Origin: an uncultured virus (IMG/VR IMGVR_UViG_3300017758_000001)
Taxonomy: Duplodnaviria; Heunggongvirae; Uroviricota; Caudoviricetes
Strand: one strand, 5' to 3'
DNA length: 64,000 nt
Virus record (IMG/VR): IMGVR_UViG_3300017758_000001
Under the pieces are notes generated by a model. It made no database searches and was not told the origin of the DNA. It saw only the letters and a list, made by a program, of their open reading frames with translations. The position numbers and the translations under genes are program-made. Of this stretch, positions 9,905-20,648 are shown piece by piece (the first letter of the stretch is position 1; each line of letters starts with the position of its first letter).

Positions 9905-11737
9905 TTAGAATGTAGTGGAACCTAAAGTTTTTACTCTTACTTTGATGTCTTTGTTAGGGAATCTTATTTGGTAAATTTGATTACTTCTCATGTAGATTGT
10001 AGAGTCAGATTGTGAAATTTCTTTTGTTGTATCGTCAACATATCCTTGAGACACCTCTGAAGTTGAATACTCACCTCCCGTGATACCTTTAACTTTGGTT
10101 TCTACCACATTTACAACCCCCGTAATATCGGCTATGGTTTTTTGTAATTCACCAACAAACAATGGGTCGCCCATTTTTCTACTGTCGATTTTGAAAAATT
10201 CAGTCGTACTTGTTATTACGTCTTTAAGTACATCTGATTGGGTAACATTTTTATCTATTACAAGATCAACGTCCACACCGAAATCTATGACTTCACCACT
10301 TATAATATCTAAATAATCATTGATCATTCGATAATTTGTGAGGTATCTTAGTATATTGTTTTTTAAAGTGTTAGAGACTGTGTCGGTTAGATTTCCTGAG
10401 TCGTCGTACGATAATAATTTTATTTTTATTTTATTATCTTCTTCCATTACGTTAACCTTTGCAGGTGCACCAAACGTAGATGGCATTGTTTCAATTAATG
10501 ACTTATAATCATTAAGAGTTACCGCTCTGTTTTGTGCCGCAAAATTGAAACCAACTAAATTTCTTATTTCTTCAACTGTTGGTTGTTCTGAACCACCAAT
10601 TGCGGGTGTAATGTTTGCCACATTTAAAGATTGTACTATTTGATTGTTTACATTAGTTAGTGGTCCATTTACATTAAATTCAACATTATCTACTGAAGTA
10701 ATGACATTAACACCTAAATTACTACTTTTACCACCACCTATTCTGTATTTTATGAAGACTGTGGATCCCGCTTTTGGGACAGATCCCAAAGAGAGATTAT
10801 TTAAGTGTGTTGCTAAATTAACTTTTAAATTACCTGAGTTATATGAATCTAAATTATCTAAAGGATCCACACTACCCGAACCAAAAGTTACACACATAAA
10901 ACCTTCAGGTGTGTACTCACTAATAAACTTATTTGTAACTCTTTTGTAATCACCAGATGTGAAATTGTCTTTGTCTGATGCGGAAGTGGTATCAGGTAAG
11001 AATATTTTATCTTCCATTAAACTCTTAACTTCATACCATCTGTTTCGTTCTGCGGTGAACTCAGATGAACTTGGGTTTGAAGTGAGGTTTGTACCCTCTT
11101 TGTGAATAATAGATACAACACCCAACACATTTTTTTCAGGTAGAAACAACTTTAGAAAGGGTTTTTGATCTTGTTTGGTAACAACCCTTCTAAATATTCT
11201 TGATACACCATTAACTACTGCCTCTCTCTTCGTAATAGTATAAGATATTAACTTATTATTTGAATCGAAATTTGGGATCTTTAATCTGTTTGGTTCTCCT
11301 TTATTATTGAATGGGTTTGAAAAGTCTGTATCCTCAATAGTTTCAAATGTTTGACCTCCACCTGATACTTGTGCCCCCGCTTTTAATATACCTAAATACC
11401 TTTCGTCTTCTTTATCACCTCTAACAGGTACGTTGACTGAGAAATCCACTAAAGAGACTGATGGTCTATTACCTGGTATTCTTATACCGTATGTTTTTGC
11501 GATATGAAACAATGATCTTCTTTGTTGTGCAAAATCTAACATTGTTTCTTGCCAAACTCTATCTATGTGGTAATGTAGGTTATCGCCGATTGCTGCGTTT
11601 AAATCTAATAACACCGAATATATCGATGCATCATTTGTGTTTTTTACCAAATCAGGGTAAAAATCATTTGTAAGGTTCACAAGATCTTCTCTTAATCCTG
11701 CAAAATCTCTTTTAGCGTATGATATTTTCTTAGCCAT
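9905..11737 (-). CDS. Baseplate wedge subunit (T4 gp6 / baseplate J-like)
   Basis: RDFAGLREDL N-terminus, YRIGGG..SN, GGSEQPTVEEIR and AQNRAVTLNDY are gp6/BplJ motifs. Confidence 0.9.
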   Translation of the reverse strand: MAKKISYAKRDFAGLREDLVNLTNDFYPDLVKNTNDASIYSVLLDLNAAIGDNLHYHIDRVWQETMLDFAQQRRSLFHIAKTYGIRIPGNRPSVSLVDFSVNVPVRGDKEDERYLGILKAGAQVSGGGQTFETIEDTDFSNPFNNKGEPNRLKIPNFDSNNKLISYTITKREAVVNGVSRIFRRVVTKQDQKPFLKLFLPEKNVLGVVSIIHKEGTNLTSNPSSSEFTAERNRWYEVKSLMEDKIFLPDTTSASDKDNFTSGDYKRVTNKFISEYTPEGFMCVTFGSGSVDPLDNLDSYNSGNLKVNLATHLNNLSLGSVPKAGSTVFIKYRIGGGKSSNLGVNVITSVDNVEFNVNGPLTNVNNQIVQSLNVANITPAIGGSEQPTVEEIRNLVGFNFAAQNRAVTLNDYKSLIETMPSTFGAPAKVNVMEEDNKIKIKLLSYDDSGNLTDTVSNTLKNNILRYLTNYRMINDYLDIISGEVIDFGVDVDLVIDKNVTQSDVLKDVITSTTEFFKIDSRKMGDPLFVGELQKTIADITGVVNVVETKVKGITGGEYSTSEVSQGYVDDTTKEISQSDSTIYMRSNQIYQIRFPNKDIKVRVKTLGSTTF

Positions 11738-11738
11738 A

Positions 11739-12191
11739 TTATATGTTTATAATTACAAAATCTGATGATGAAAACGCTCCGTCATTTACCGTATAGTCAA
11801 TCTTAACTTTAGCAGTATATGGTTTTGTAGATGGATCGGCCAACCTAAATATTCTATTGTCCGTATCTTCATCCACAGTCGTAACGGGATCACTATCGTC
11901 TTCCGCAGATATTACCCTTATTGAGTTTATGTCGAGATTCGGTAAATACTTTTTACAACCTTCCCTAATTTCTTCTTCAATTAAATTGAATGTAACCATA
12001 TCGTTTTGATCAAATATATATTCATATATTCTTGTACCAAAATCAGGTAAATAATACCTACTACCCTTTTTAGTTAAAATCAAATGTATGAGATTTGATC
12101 TCACCTCTCTTTCAGGGGTTGCAGTCATTTTTAAATAATCACCCTTAACACTTTCTCTAAAGGGGAAATCTATACCATAGGTTATTGCCAT
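11739..12191 (-). CDS. Baseplate wedge gp25-like (GPW/gp25) protein
   Basis: GIDFPF...SNLIHLILTKKGSRYYLPDFGT signature; start set at MAITYG, 4 nt after the TATTTAT motif. Confidence 0.9.
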   Translation of the reverse strand: MAITYGIDFPFRESVKGDYLKMTATPEREVRSNLIHLILTKKGSRYYLPDFGTRIYEYIFDQNDMVTFNLIEEEIREGCKKYLPNLDINSIRVISAEDDSDPVTTVDEDTDNRIFRLADPSTKPYTAKVKIDYTVNDGAFSSSDFVIINI

Positions 12192-12229
12192 ACTAATAAA
12201 TATAATCAATAACAAAATGAGTGTAAATA

Positions 12230-12254
12230 AAAACCCCTCGAAGTGAGGGGTTTT
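12230..12254 (-). terminator. Intrinsic terminator after nrdA (possibly bidirectional)
   Basis: AAAACCCCTC-GAAGT-GAGGGGTTTT perfect inverted repeat with A/T tracts on both sides. Confidence 0.85.
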
Positions 12255-12277
12255 AATAATTAATTATATAAAATGGG

Positions 12278-14728
12278 TTAAGACCCACAACCTTCACAGT
12301 CAAATGGGGAATCATCTGGTCTCACATCTTGTGAATTTACCATTACTAATTCTTTGTTTTCGCTAATGATTGAATTTGATGTTGGTACGGGATTATCAGT
12401 TTTCTCCGTCGGTTGATCCTTACTTTCAGGTGTAGGTTTTGATCTTTGAGTACTAATACCTAAACCTTTTAGTGGGTCTACCGCTGAACGAGTTCTTAAA
12501 TAATACATACCTGTCTTCAAACCTAACTTCCATCCATATAAGTGTGCCGCCAATAACTTTGCTTTGGTTGCGTTACTTATAAATAAATTGAGTGATTGGG
12601 ATTGGTCAATAAATACCGATCTCTTTGCTGCCATCTGTAAAAGTCTTTTTTGAGACATTTCCCAAACAGTCTTATAGATTTCCTTCACATCAACAGGGAT
12701 TTCAGGAATATTCTGTACTGACCCATTCTCCATTATAAGTTTATTCTTAATTTCATCGTTCCATAAATCATTATCCATCAAACTTTGGACGAGGTGTTTA
12801 TTAATCACAATAAACTCACCACCTAATGTTCTTCTTGAATATAGATTTGAGGTAAATGGTTCGAACGCCTCATTATTACCTAATATTTGTGCTGTAGATG
12901 CGGTCGGCATTGGTGCCAATAAAAGTGAATTTCTTACACCATATTTAACAACTTCCTTTCTTAATGATCTCCAATTCCAACTACCCGATAGATCTTTATC
13001 TTTTAATCCCCACATTTGGTATTGAAAGACTCCTTTTTCTATTGGAGAACCCGAAATAGATTCATATGGACCCACTTCTTTTGAAAGATCTTTACTTGAG
13101 GTCAAAGCCGCAAAATAAATCGTTTCAAAAATATTTGTTTGTAATTCATCCGCCACCTCAGATTCAAACGGTAATTTTAACAAACAGAACACATCCGCCA
13201 AACCTTGAATACCTAAACCAATTGGTCTATGTTTAAAGTTAGATCTCTTTGTTTCTTCTGTTGGATAAAAGTTTAAATCAATTACGTTGTTCAAATTTCT
13301 TACAACTTGATAAACATACTCATACAGTAATTTATGATTAAATTCACCATCAACAATATACTTAGGAAGTGCAATAGACGCCAAGTTACAAACCGCTTGT
13401 TCTGTTGGTGAACTATACTCTATAATCTCAGTACATAAATTAGACGATTTAATAGTACCTAAGTTTTTTTGGTTAGATTTATCATTTGCCGCGTCCTTGT
13501 ACAACATATAAGGGGTACCTGTTTCTATTTGTGCGGTTAAAATCGCGTCCATAAGTTTTCTCGCCTTAACAACCCTTCTACCTTTACCTTCTTCTTCATA
13601 TTTTGTATAAAGTTCAGTAAAATCTTTAGAGTTAGAAGAATCATAAACGTCTGATAGACCTGGTGCCTCATCAGGTGAAAATAGTGTCCACTCTCCATCC
13701 TCCTCAACACGTTTCATAAATAAATCAGGTGTCCACATAGCCAAGAATAAATCTCTTGCTCTCATCTCCTCTTTTCCATGATTTTTTCTCAAGTCAATGA
13801 ATTCAAATATATCGGCATGCCATGGTTCAAGGTAAATTGCAAAAGAACCTTTTCTTTTACCTCCTTGATTAATCCATCGTGCAACTTCGTTATATGTTTT
13901 CATCATAGGTAGTAGTCCATCTGACTCACCACCTGTCCCTTTAATATATGATCCTTTAGATCGTACGTTATGAACATGTAATCCAATACCACCTGCCCAC
14001 TTAGAAATATTTGCCACATCTTTGATAGTGTCAAACAACCCGTTAATGTCATCACCTTTGTTTCCAATTAAGAAACATGAAGACATTTGTGGTCTCCTTG
14101 TCCCCGCATTAAATAATGTTGGTGTTGCATGAGTATAAAAGTGTTGTGATAAATCATCATAGATTCTAAGACCCATTTCAATATCACCATTACAAATACC
14201 TAATGCAACTCTCATGTACAAATACTGAGGTCTTTCAACAATTCTGTCACTAATTTTCAAAAGGTAAGATCTTTCTAACGTTTTGAAACCAAAATAATCG
14301 AAATCGAAATCCCTTTCCTGTACGATAGCTCCGTCAATAACAGATTTGTTTTTTTTAACAAATTCATAAAGTTCGTCAGAAATCAAAGACGATTCTTTAC
14401 CTGTTCTTGGTTCAACAAAAGAGTAGAGTTCTTTGATTGCCAAAGAAAACTTTTTTGGTGTTGTTTTATGTAAATTAGTTACCGCTACCCTACCCGCTAA
14501 TTTTGCATAATCGGGATGTGTAGTTGTCATTGACGCTGCGGTCTCCGCAGTCAATTGGTCTAATTCAGTCGTTGTTATTTCATCGTATATACCTTGAGTT
14601 ACTTTCAGGGTTATATAAGTTGGATCGACATACTCCAAATTTAAGTCAGAACACAAGGCAGATATTCTTCTTGTGATCTTATCATATCTCATTTCTTCTA
14701 ATGAACCGTCTCTCTTTTTTACCTTCAT
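12278..14728 (-). CDS. nrdA: Ribonucleotide reductase class Ia alpha subunit with N-terminal ATP cone
   Basis: VKKRDG ATP cone, TPTLFNAGT..QMSSCF, SNLCTEI active-site loop, PTASTA, GMYY, C-terminal CEGC. Confidence 0.97.
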   Translation of the reverse strand: MKVKKRDGSLEEMRYDKITRRISALCSDLNLEYVDPTYITLKVTQGIYDEITTTELDQLTAETAASMTTTHPDYAKLAGRVAVTNLHKTTPKKFSLAIKELYSFVEPRTGKESSLISDELYEFVKKNKSVIDGAIVQERDFDFDYFGFKTLERSYLLKISDRIVERPQYLYMRVALGICNGDIEMGLRIYDDLSQHFYTHATPTLFNAGTRRPQMSSCFLIGNKGDDINGLFDTIKDVANISKWAGGIGLHVHNVRSKGSYIKGTGGESDGLLPMMKTYNEVARWINQGGKRKGSFAIYLEPWHADIFEFIDLRKNHGKEEMRARDLFLAMWTPDLFMKRVEEDGEWTLFSPDEAPGLSDVYDSSNSKDFTELYTKYEEEGKGRRVVKARKLMDAILTAQIETGTPYMLYKDAANDKSNQKNLGTIKSSNLCTEIIEYSSPTEQAVCNLASIALPKYIVDGEFNHKLLYEYVYQVVRNLNNVIDLNFYPTEETKRSNFKHRPIGLGIQGLADVFCLLKLPFESEVADELQTNIFETIYFAALTSSKDLSKEVGPYESISGSPIEKGVFQYQMWGLKDKDLSGSWNWRSLRKEVVKYGVRNSLLLAPMPTASTAQILGNNEAFEPFTSNLYSRRTLGGEFIVINKHLVQSLMDNDLWNDEIKNKLIMENGSVQNIPEIPVDVKEIYKTVWEMSQKRLLQMAAKRSVFIDQSQSLNLFISNATKAKLLAAHLYGWKLGLKTGMYYLRTRSAVDPLKGLGISTQRSKPTPESKDQPTEKTDNPVPTSNSIISENKELVMVNSQDVRPDDSPFDCEGCGS

Positions 14729-14739
14729 CTTTTGTTATA

Positions 14740-15714
14740 TTAAAAATCCATATCCCCGAACGCAGAGTTTAAATCTTCTTCGGTATCGTTATTAACCCCT
14801 GCCTTTTGATATTCAGCAACTCTCTTTTCAAAGAAATTAGTCTTTCCTTGAAGTGCAATGTTTTGCATAAAATCAAATGGATTCTCAGTATTAAATTTCT
14901 TTTCAATGTTTAAAGAATCTAGTAGTCTATCAGTAACAAATTCTAAATATTGTTCCATCAAATCTGCATTCATACCAATTAATCTTACTGGTAATGCCTC
15001 AAGAATAAATTCCTTCTCGATTTCTAATGCTGAAAGAATGATTTCCTCGATTCTTCCTTCAGGTAATTTATTTTCAATATGTTCGTTATATAGGTGACAT
15101 GCAAAATCACAGTGAAGACCTTCATCCCTTGAAATAAGTTCGTTAGAGAAAGTTAAACCTGGCATTAAACCACGTTTCTTTAACCAAAAAATTGAACAGA
15201 ATGAACCCGAAAAGAATATTCCCTCAACAGCTGCGAATGCAATAAGACGTTCCGCAAAAGAATCTGATTCAATCCATTTTAATGCCCATGTCGCTTTCTT
15301 TTGAATTGCAGGAATAGTTTCAATTGCATTAAATAATCTATCTTGTTCTTCGGTATCTTTTATTAGAGAATCAATTAGTAATGAATATGTCTCTGAGTGA
15401 ATGTTTTCCATTGCAATTTGAAAACCATAAAAGAACTTCGCTTCAGTATATTGTACGTCATTAATAAAATTTTCAGCAAGATTCTCATTGACAATACCAT
15501 CAGACGCGGCAAAGAATGCTAATACGTGTTTAACAAAATGTCTTTCATCGTCGTTTAATTTATTAGTCCAATCACCAACATCTTGTTGTAAATCAATTTC
15601 TTCCGCAGTCCAAAAACTCGCTTCTTGTTGTTTATAATATTTCCATATATCATTGTGTGTTATTGGAAACAGGACAAATCGTCCTGGGTTCTCTTGTAAG
15701 ATTTTTTCTGTCAT
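14740..15714 (-). CDS. nrdB: Ribonucleotide reductase class Ia beta subunit
   Basis: [57 protein letters not shown]. Confidence 0.97.
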   Translation of the reverse strand: MTEKILQENPGRFVLFPITHNDIWKYYKQQEASFWTAEEIDLQQDVGDWTNKLNDDERHFVKHVLAFFAASDGIVNENLAENFINDVQYTEAKFFYGFQIAMENIHSETYSLLIDSLIKDTEEQDRLFNAIETIPAIQKKATWALKWIESDSFAERLIAFAAVEGIFFSGSFCSIFWLKKRGLMPGLTFSNELISRDEGLHCDFACHLYNEHIENKLPEGRIEEIILSALEIEKEFILEALPVRLIGMNADLMEQYLEFVTDRLLDSLNIEKKFNTENPFDFMQNIALQGKTNFFEKRVAEYQKAGVNNDTEEDLNSAFGDMDF

Positions 15715-15741
15715 TATTTTAAATTTATTTATTAATATTAA

Positions 15742-17145
15742 TTATATGTCGAGGTTTTTAGATTTCTTGTAGAGATTTCTTGCTCTCTCCATACTATTTT
15801 CCTCTTTACGGATTTGGTGTCCTAACAATGTTTCTTGTTCTGTGACATCAATATCCAAGTATTGGTTATCAAACTTACAATTAAGGAAGTTTACACCATC
15901 CCTACCAATCCTTGATTTAACAAGGGTTACATTGGCAGTTTTATTTTCTTTTTGTTCTAAACTCTTAGCAATAGATATTATAACGTGAGCCGATTGTGCC
16001 TTCTTAATCGAACCACCCATATCATCAACATTTACAACGTCTGCAGAAATTGAATTCCTATTACCTTGTGTTGCCGTCCAAACCGCAACATTCATTTCTG
16101 AACATATCGATTCTACCGCTCTGATAACTGAACCCTCTCCTTTCCATTCTTCCCCAAAGACCCCTTTATCAGATCCTACACATTCAATGTAATCTATAAC
16201 TATCAAGTCCACAGCAAAATCTGAACTTTCTATTTTTCTTAATTTTCTTCTAATGTCACCAACTGTTGTTGTGTCACTAATCATTTTGATCAATTTCATT
16301 TGACCAAATCCCTCTTTGGTTACCTTTTCTTCGACTAATCTTGCAGTTTCAATTTTATTTTCTTGTGATTCACTTTGGTAATCACTATCGGTTCCTGTCC
16401 AAATTGTATAGTGTTTTTTTCTAATTTGTGATTCTGTATCTTCAAAGAAGATGTGTACAACATTAAAACCTAAATTAACTGCGGTGTTTGCGAACTTTGT
16501 AAGTATTGTTGTTTTACCTGTTCCTGTAGGTGCAATCACCATTCCCAATTCACCGTGACCTAACCCACCTTTAAGTAAGTTGTCTAAACCATCTATTCCT
16601 GTTGCAATTGGTGTCCTTGTGTCTTTTTCCAACGACTCAAGTATATTCTCAGTGATATCGGTGATATCGTCGTCCGTAACACCCACTTGTAATGCAACGT
16701 TAATTAGTTCGGTAATCTTATCGTACTCTTGGAAGTCACCACCGTCCATAATACCATGGACTTTTTTAAGTGTTTTTTTTAAATTTTGTTGTTTACAAAA
16801 GTTAAGTGCGGTGTCTTTTACATATGTTGGTCCATGTGTCGTTTCGTCTAATTCCTCAATACCAAAAAGAGTATCTGTATGAATTTTACCACTCATCGGA
16901 TTAGATGTGGTATCATCCATAATTTTCTGTTTTAAAGTCGCGTAGTTTGGTATTCTTCTATAAGAATCATTAAGTTCTCTAATGTTTTGAATTATATATC
17001 TAAAGGAATTGTTCTCGAAGTATTTTGGGTCAAGTACATCAATAATTTGTTCGCCATATTTTGCGTCTTCTATTATTGATTTAATTAATGTTTGTTGGAA
17101 ACCGTTGCCTAAGTTTTCAAATGTTCTGTCAGTAATCTCACTCAT
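15742..17145 (-). CDS. dnaB: Replicative helicase, DnaB/T4 gp41-like
   Basis: Walker A APTGTGKT, Walker B LIVIDY, TATQGNR, KSR arginine finger. Confidence 0.9.
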   Translation of the reverse strand: MSEITDRTFENLGNGFQQTLIKSIIEDAKYGEQIIDVLDPKYFENNSFRYIIQNIRELNDSYRRIPNYATLKQKIMDDTTSNPMSGKIHTDTLFGIEELDETTHGPTYVKDTALNFCKQQNLKKTLKKVHGIMDGGDFQEYDKITELINVALQVGVTDDDITDITENILESLEKDTRTPIATGIDGLDNLLKGGLGHGELGMVIAPTGTGKTTILTKFANTAVNLGFNVVHIFFEDTESQIRKKHYTIWTGTDSDYQSESQENKIETARLVEEKVTKEGFGQMKLIKMISDTTTVGDIRRKLRKIESSDFAVDLIVIDYIECVGSDKGVFGEEWKGEGSVIRAVESICSEMNVAVWTATQGNRNSISADVVNVDDMGGSIKKAQSAHVIISIAKSLEQKENKTANVTLVKSRIGRDGVNFLNCKFDNQYLDIDVTEQETLLGHQIRKEENSMERARNLYKKSKNLDI

Positions 17146-17154
17146 ATTGCTTCT

Positions 17155-17604
17155 TTATTTAGATAATTCGTAATTCATATATTTTGTCATTAATTTTGTT
17201 GAAGATAGGGTCTCGCTAAGATCTCCTAAGAATCTTCTAAGTTTGGGACGAATGTCTACAGAGTACCTAACTTTTGGGTGGTAGATATATGCAGGGAATA
17301 TCCTTGAGATAAATACTTCGTCATTTTGCTTTATCTCCAATTGGAAGTTCTCTTTTACCTCTTGACCTTCGTCATTATTAACCCCCGAAACGGGAAAATA
17401 ATTTGGATTTTCGTGTAGAAATTCCAATGTTTTTTGTTTCAAATCTTCTTGAATTTCTTCACAAATATTTTTCACTTCGTAATGTAAATCGAGAGATCTT
17501 TTAACTCTTGGATTATAATTCCTTACATTAAAGAATCTTTGGCAAATTATGTTACCACTCAGGGTTAACAAAAATTCTAATTTAGTTGTGTCGTTACTAC
17601 TCAT
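17155..17604 (-). CDS. Hypothetical protein in replication operon
   Basis: 149-aa ORF, ATGA-coupled to the exonuclease gene. Confidence 0.6.
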   Translation of the reverse strand: MSSNDTTKLEFLLTLSGNIICQRFFNVRNYNPRVKRSLDLHYEVKNICEEIQEDLKQKTLEFLHENPNYFPVSGVNNDEGQEVKENFQLEIKQNDEVFISRIFPAYIYHPKVRYSVDIRPKLRRFLGDLSETLSSTKLMTKYMNYELSK

Positions 17605-18614
17605 TTCTTTTTTATTTTTATAACACGTTTATTTTTTTCCTTACGAGTAAGTCGTAGGAAAGGGTTGAGGAATTTTATCCACGCATCGTCTGATTTAGGA
17701 AGGACTGTAAAAATACCATCTTCCATCATCATCTTCATTGTGTTTTTATAGGATCTTCCCTCAGGATCCAAATCTTCATGTATCAAGTCAACAATAGTTT
17801 GTCTCGCTTCATCCGTTAGAAACGGTTCGTCTAAACTTACTATACTTTCATTTAAAGTGAAAAATTCTTCACCGAAAACTCCGTACTTTGTGACTCCTGT
17901 TAGAAGATTATTTACTGTGGTGTTATTTTTATCTTCCTCGAATAATGAATTTGATTTATCAATCACATGTTGAACAGTGATTGGTCTCTCTTTTACTTCG
18001 GGAAAAATTCCTAAAAACTTTTTGATTCCCATGTTTCTAATCCCCGCGATATTATCAGACCGATCACCACACATGATTTTAACGATTTTAACGTTCTTTA
18101 TGTGGATATCTTCCTTCTCGTAAGGGATTATATCATTTTCTTCGTAAAGTCTTCTGTGAGAGGGGTTGTAGACCCTCACGTTTTTTGAAACTAACTGAGC
18201 TAAGTCTCCATCTGAAGAATAGACAATACAGTTTTCTTTTGTGTTTTGAGAATAGTATGCGATACTGTCATCAGTTTCACAGAATTCGAACTCTCCTTGT
18301 CTCACATACAATTCTTCTAAGTATTGTTTTACTCTTCGTCTTTGTTTTGTATATGATTCTTTTTCTTTGTCCGAACGTATTCTTGATCTTCTGTTCTCCT
18401 TGTACTTGTGGTAAATTTTTCTACGAGATTGTGAACCATCTTCACCATCCCAAAAGACAACAATCTTATCTAAACGATAATTTTCGAAAGATCTCCTAAG
18501 AGTATTTAAAAAATGATATATACCCCCAATGTGTTCTCCTTTATAGAAGTAGTTTTTAACTCCATAAAATCCGATTGTAAGTAAATTATCTCCGTCTACT
18601 AATAAAACTGACAT
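17601..18614 (-). CDS. 5'-3' exonuclease / flap endonuclease (T4 RNase H-like)
   Basis: LLVDGDNL, FWDG, YKENR, ETDD, SSDGDLAQL, GDRSDNIAG. Confidence 0.92.
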   Translation of the reverse strand: MSVLLVDGDNLLTIGFYGVKNYFYKGEHIGGIYHFLNTLRRSFENYRLDKIVVFWDGEDGSQSRRKIYHKYKENRRSRIRSDKEKESYTKQRRRVKQYLEELYVRQGEFEFCETDDSIAYYSQNTKENCIVYSSDGDLAQLVSKNVRVYNPSHRRLYEENDIIPYEKEDIHIKNVKIVKIMCGDRSDNIAGIRNMGIKKFLGIFPEVKERPITVQHVIDKSNSLFEEDKNNTTVNNLLTGVTKYGVFGEEFFTLNESIVSLDEPFLTDEARQTIVDLIHEDLDPEGRSYKNTMKMMMEDGIFTVLPKSDDAWIKFLNPFLRLTRKEKNKRVIKIKKK

Positions 18615-18645
18615 TTATACCTTTTAAAGGTTAAACAAAAGTTGG

Positions 18646-19641
18646 TTAAACATCTTCTTTGATATCAAAGTCTCCGTCTATACCTAACTGTCTCTTCCAA
18701 TATTCTGCATGTTCCGATTTGTATGCCTCTAAAGACTTCTTTTCTTCTGCAGAATCTTTACCACTCAAAAAACCGTGTGCTGTTATAATGATTCTACCAT
18801 CTTCATAACCTAAACCGTTTACGTGGTTTTTCATAATCGAAATCTTAGTTCTCGTAGCGAACTTAACTTTTCTCTTGTCTTTGACTGCTGAGATAGGATT
18901 AGTTCCTGCGTTTTTTTGATTTCCGAATCTGAATACTAAAGTTGAATTCAACCAAATTGATTCTCCACCCTTTGCCTTTATTTTAGGTTGACTAAATGGA
19001 TTATCAGGTAATTCTACCCATGGTTGGTTAACTATGACCAAAGTATTTGTATACTTAGATTCAACTCGTCTTGAACCAGATATTCTCTGATTTAAACCCA
19101 TTCCAATTTTATCGGCTAACGTTGATGCGTTATGTTGTTTACCACCTTTACCATCAAAGGTCATTTTACATGGTACTGAACCAACCGAATCCCATAGAAA
19201 AAGTAGATCGTATTCGATCTCACCTTTTTGTTGTGCATCAATTAATTCATTTATGTAATCAGTGATTTGTTCAATATATTGGAATTGGTTGTTAAACAGA
19301 AAAAATCCGTCATATTCTATTTCACCTGTAGTCTCATCAACCACTTCTTCAATTTCGAGACCCATCAACTTTGCGTGAGGGAAATCCCATTTTTGTTCAG
19401 TGATTACGAAGACAGGTAAAATTCCTTTCTTTTGTGCATCGACCGCAGTTTTAACAAGTGCAGTGGTTTTTCCTGTATCTGAATGTCCTAAAAACATGTT
19501 GATATGTCCCATAGCGGGACCTGGTAAACCTGTCGCGTCTAAGAAAGAGTCTCCTAAGTCAAGAAATTTATCAGACTTAAACTTTGCCTGTTTCGAAAAC
19601 TTTGACTTAATACTTTTAAAATCTTTTTTCTTTATTGCCAT
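18646..19641 (-). CDS. uvsX: RecA/UvsX-like recombinase
   Basis: Walker A GHSDTGKTT, WDSVGS, IVNQ, KGGES, KNH. Confidence 0.88.
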   Translation of the reverse strand: MAIKKKDFKSIKSKFSKQAKFKSDKFLDLGDSFLDATGLPGPAMGHINMFLGHSDTGKTTALVKTAVDAQKKGILPVFVITEQKWDFPHAKLMGLEIEEVVDETTGEIEYDGFFLFNNQFQYIEQITDYINELIDAQQKGEIEYDLLFLWDSVGSVPCKMTFDGKGGKQHNASTLADKIGMGLNQRISGSRRVESKYTNTLVIVNQPWVELPDNPFSQPKIKAKGGESIWLNSTLVFRFGNQKNAGTNPISAVKDKRKVKFATRTKISIMKNHVNGLGYEDGRIIITAHGFLSGKDSAEEKKSLEAYKSEHAEYWKRQLGIDGDFDIKEDV

Positions 19642-19652
19642 ATTATATTTTT

Positions 19653-19746
19653 AAAAAAGGGTCCCCCGTTCCTCATAGGGCCGACAATAGGGTCAAACAT
19701 GTCGGATGCAGCTCCACCAATACTGTGAGGTGGGGGACCCAAGGTC
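19653..19746. ncRNA. GC-rich multi-stem structured RNA element between ssb and recA (strand unresolved; also terminator-like on minus)
   Basis: GGGTCCCCC(19659-67)/GGGGGACCC(19732-40), CCTCA(19671-75)/TGAGG(19726-30), CCGACA(19681-86)/TGTCGG(19700-05). The A6 run at 19653-58 gives a U6 tail on the minus strand. Confidence 0.65.
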
Positions 19747-19751
19747 TACTT

Positions 19752-20612
19752 TTAAAATGGTAGTTCGTCAGATGTTTCTTGTTTACTTTGTGGATCTTCA
19801 GTAACAACTGTTTTTTCAACAGGTGCAGTTACTGTCGTTCCTCCAAAATCACTTTCTCCTTCTGCCTTAGAAACATATTTCTTTGCGTCTCTGTCCCATT
19901 GTGGAACTTCACCCATTGCAACCATTTCTAAATATTCATGTGGTTTTACGGAATACACATCTCTCCACGTATCAGGATGATTCGCCCATTCATTTGAAAC
20001 TTCTGAATCATTATGAAGTGGTGATATGTCTTCTTGAATAATTGAATTAATACTTGTGTATTCTCTACCGTTTGGTGCTTTAGTTAATGTTAGAGATAAA
20101 ATTAAATCTCTTCCTTCTACCAAATCAGTAATATTACCCTTACTTTTAATAATAGGGATAATTTTGTCGAGAGGTCCTTCACCTTTGTAGTTGTGTTTGA
20201 ATCTCCAAAATTTAGGTCCATCTTCTTCTTTGTCTCGGTCGATAACTTTAACAATATAGAATTTTCTCGCTCTGTAATTTCTCGCGTTGATTTTATCCGA
20301 TTCGGTTCCTGTTGCTAATAGTGCCTTTTGAACCTCATTAAGTGGTGATGGATCACCATCTTGAGACGGATCGTATAATTTCATCCATCTCCCATCTACT
20401 TGGATTTCGTGGAATGAAACTTCTTTAAAAGGACTCATTCCATCTGCAGCAGGGAGAATTCTAATTCTCTTTTGCCCACCTGGCGTTCCTTTAGGTAAAA
20501 TAGTTGTGAAGTACTTTTTTAGTCGGTCTTCATTCGACATCGAGTTGCCACTTGTGGCTCTTTGCGTATTTTTCTCATATTGAGAAAGAATCGCATCAAT
20601 TGAATTTGTCAT
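19752..20612 (-). CDS. Single-stranded DNA-binding protein (T4 gp32-like)
   Basis: IRILP, FYIVKVIDR..E.GPKFWRF, EGRDL, acidic C-terminus ending DELPF. Confidence 0.85.
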   Translation of the reverse strand: MTNSIDAILSQYEKNTQRATSGNSMSNEDRLKKYFTTILPKGTPGGQKRIRILPAADGMSPFKEVSFHEIQVDGRWMKLYDPSQDGDPSPLNEVQKALLATGTESDKINARNYRARKFYIVKVIDRDKEEDGPKFWRFKHNYKGEGPLDKIIPIIKSKGNITDLVEGRDLILSLTLTKAPNGREYTSINSIIQEDISPLHNDSEVSNEWANHPDTWRDVYSVKPHEYLEMVAMGEVPQWDRDAKKYVSKAEGESDFGGTTVTAPVEKTVVTEDPQSKQETSDELPF

Positions 20613-20648
20613 AATTATTATTTTTTGTGTTATTTAAATTATATTAAA

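Noticed and set aside
19659..19740. Assignment of the structured RNA to a tRNA, purine riboswitch or HDV-like ribozyme
   Set aside because: No T-loop or anticodon arm, no purine-riboswitch junction nucleotides and no room for HDV P3/L3. Kept as an unassigned element.
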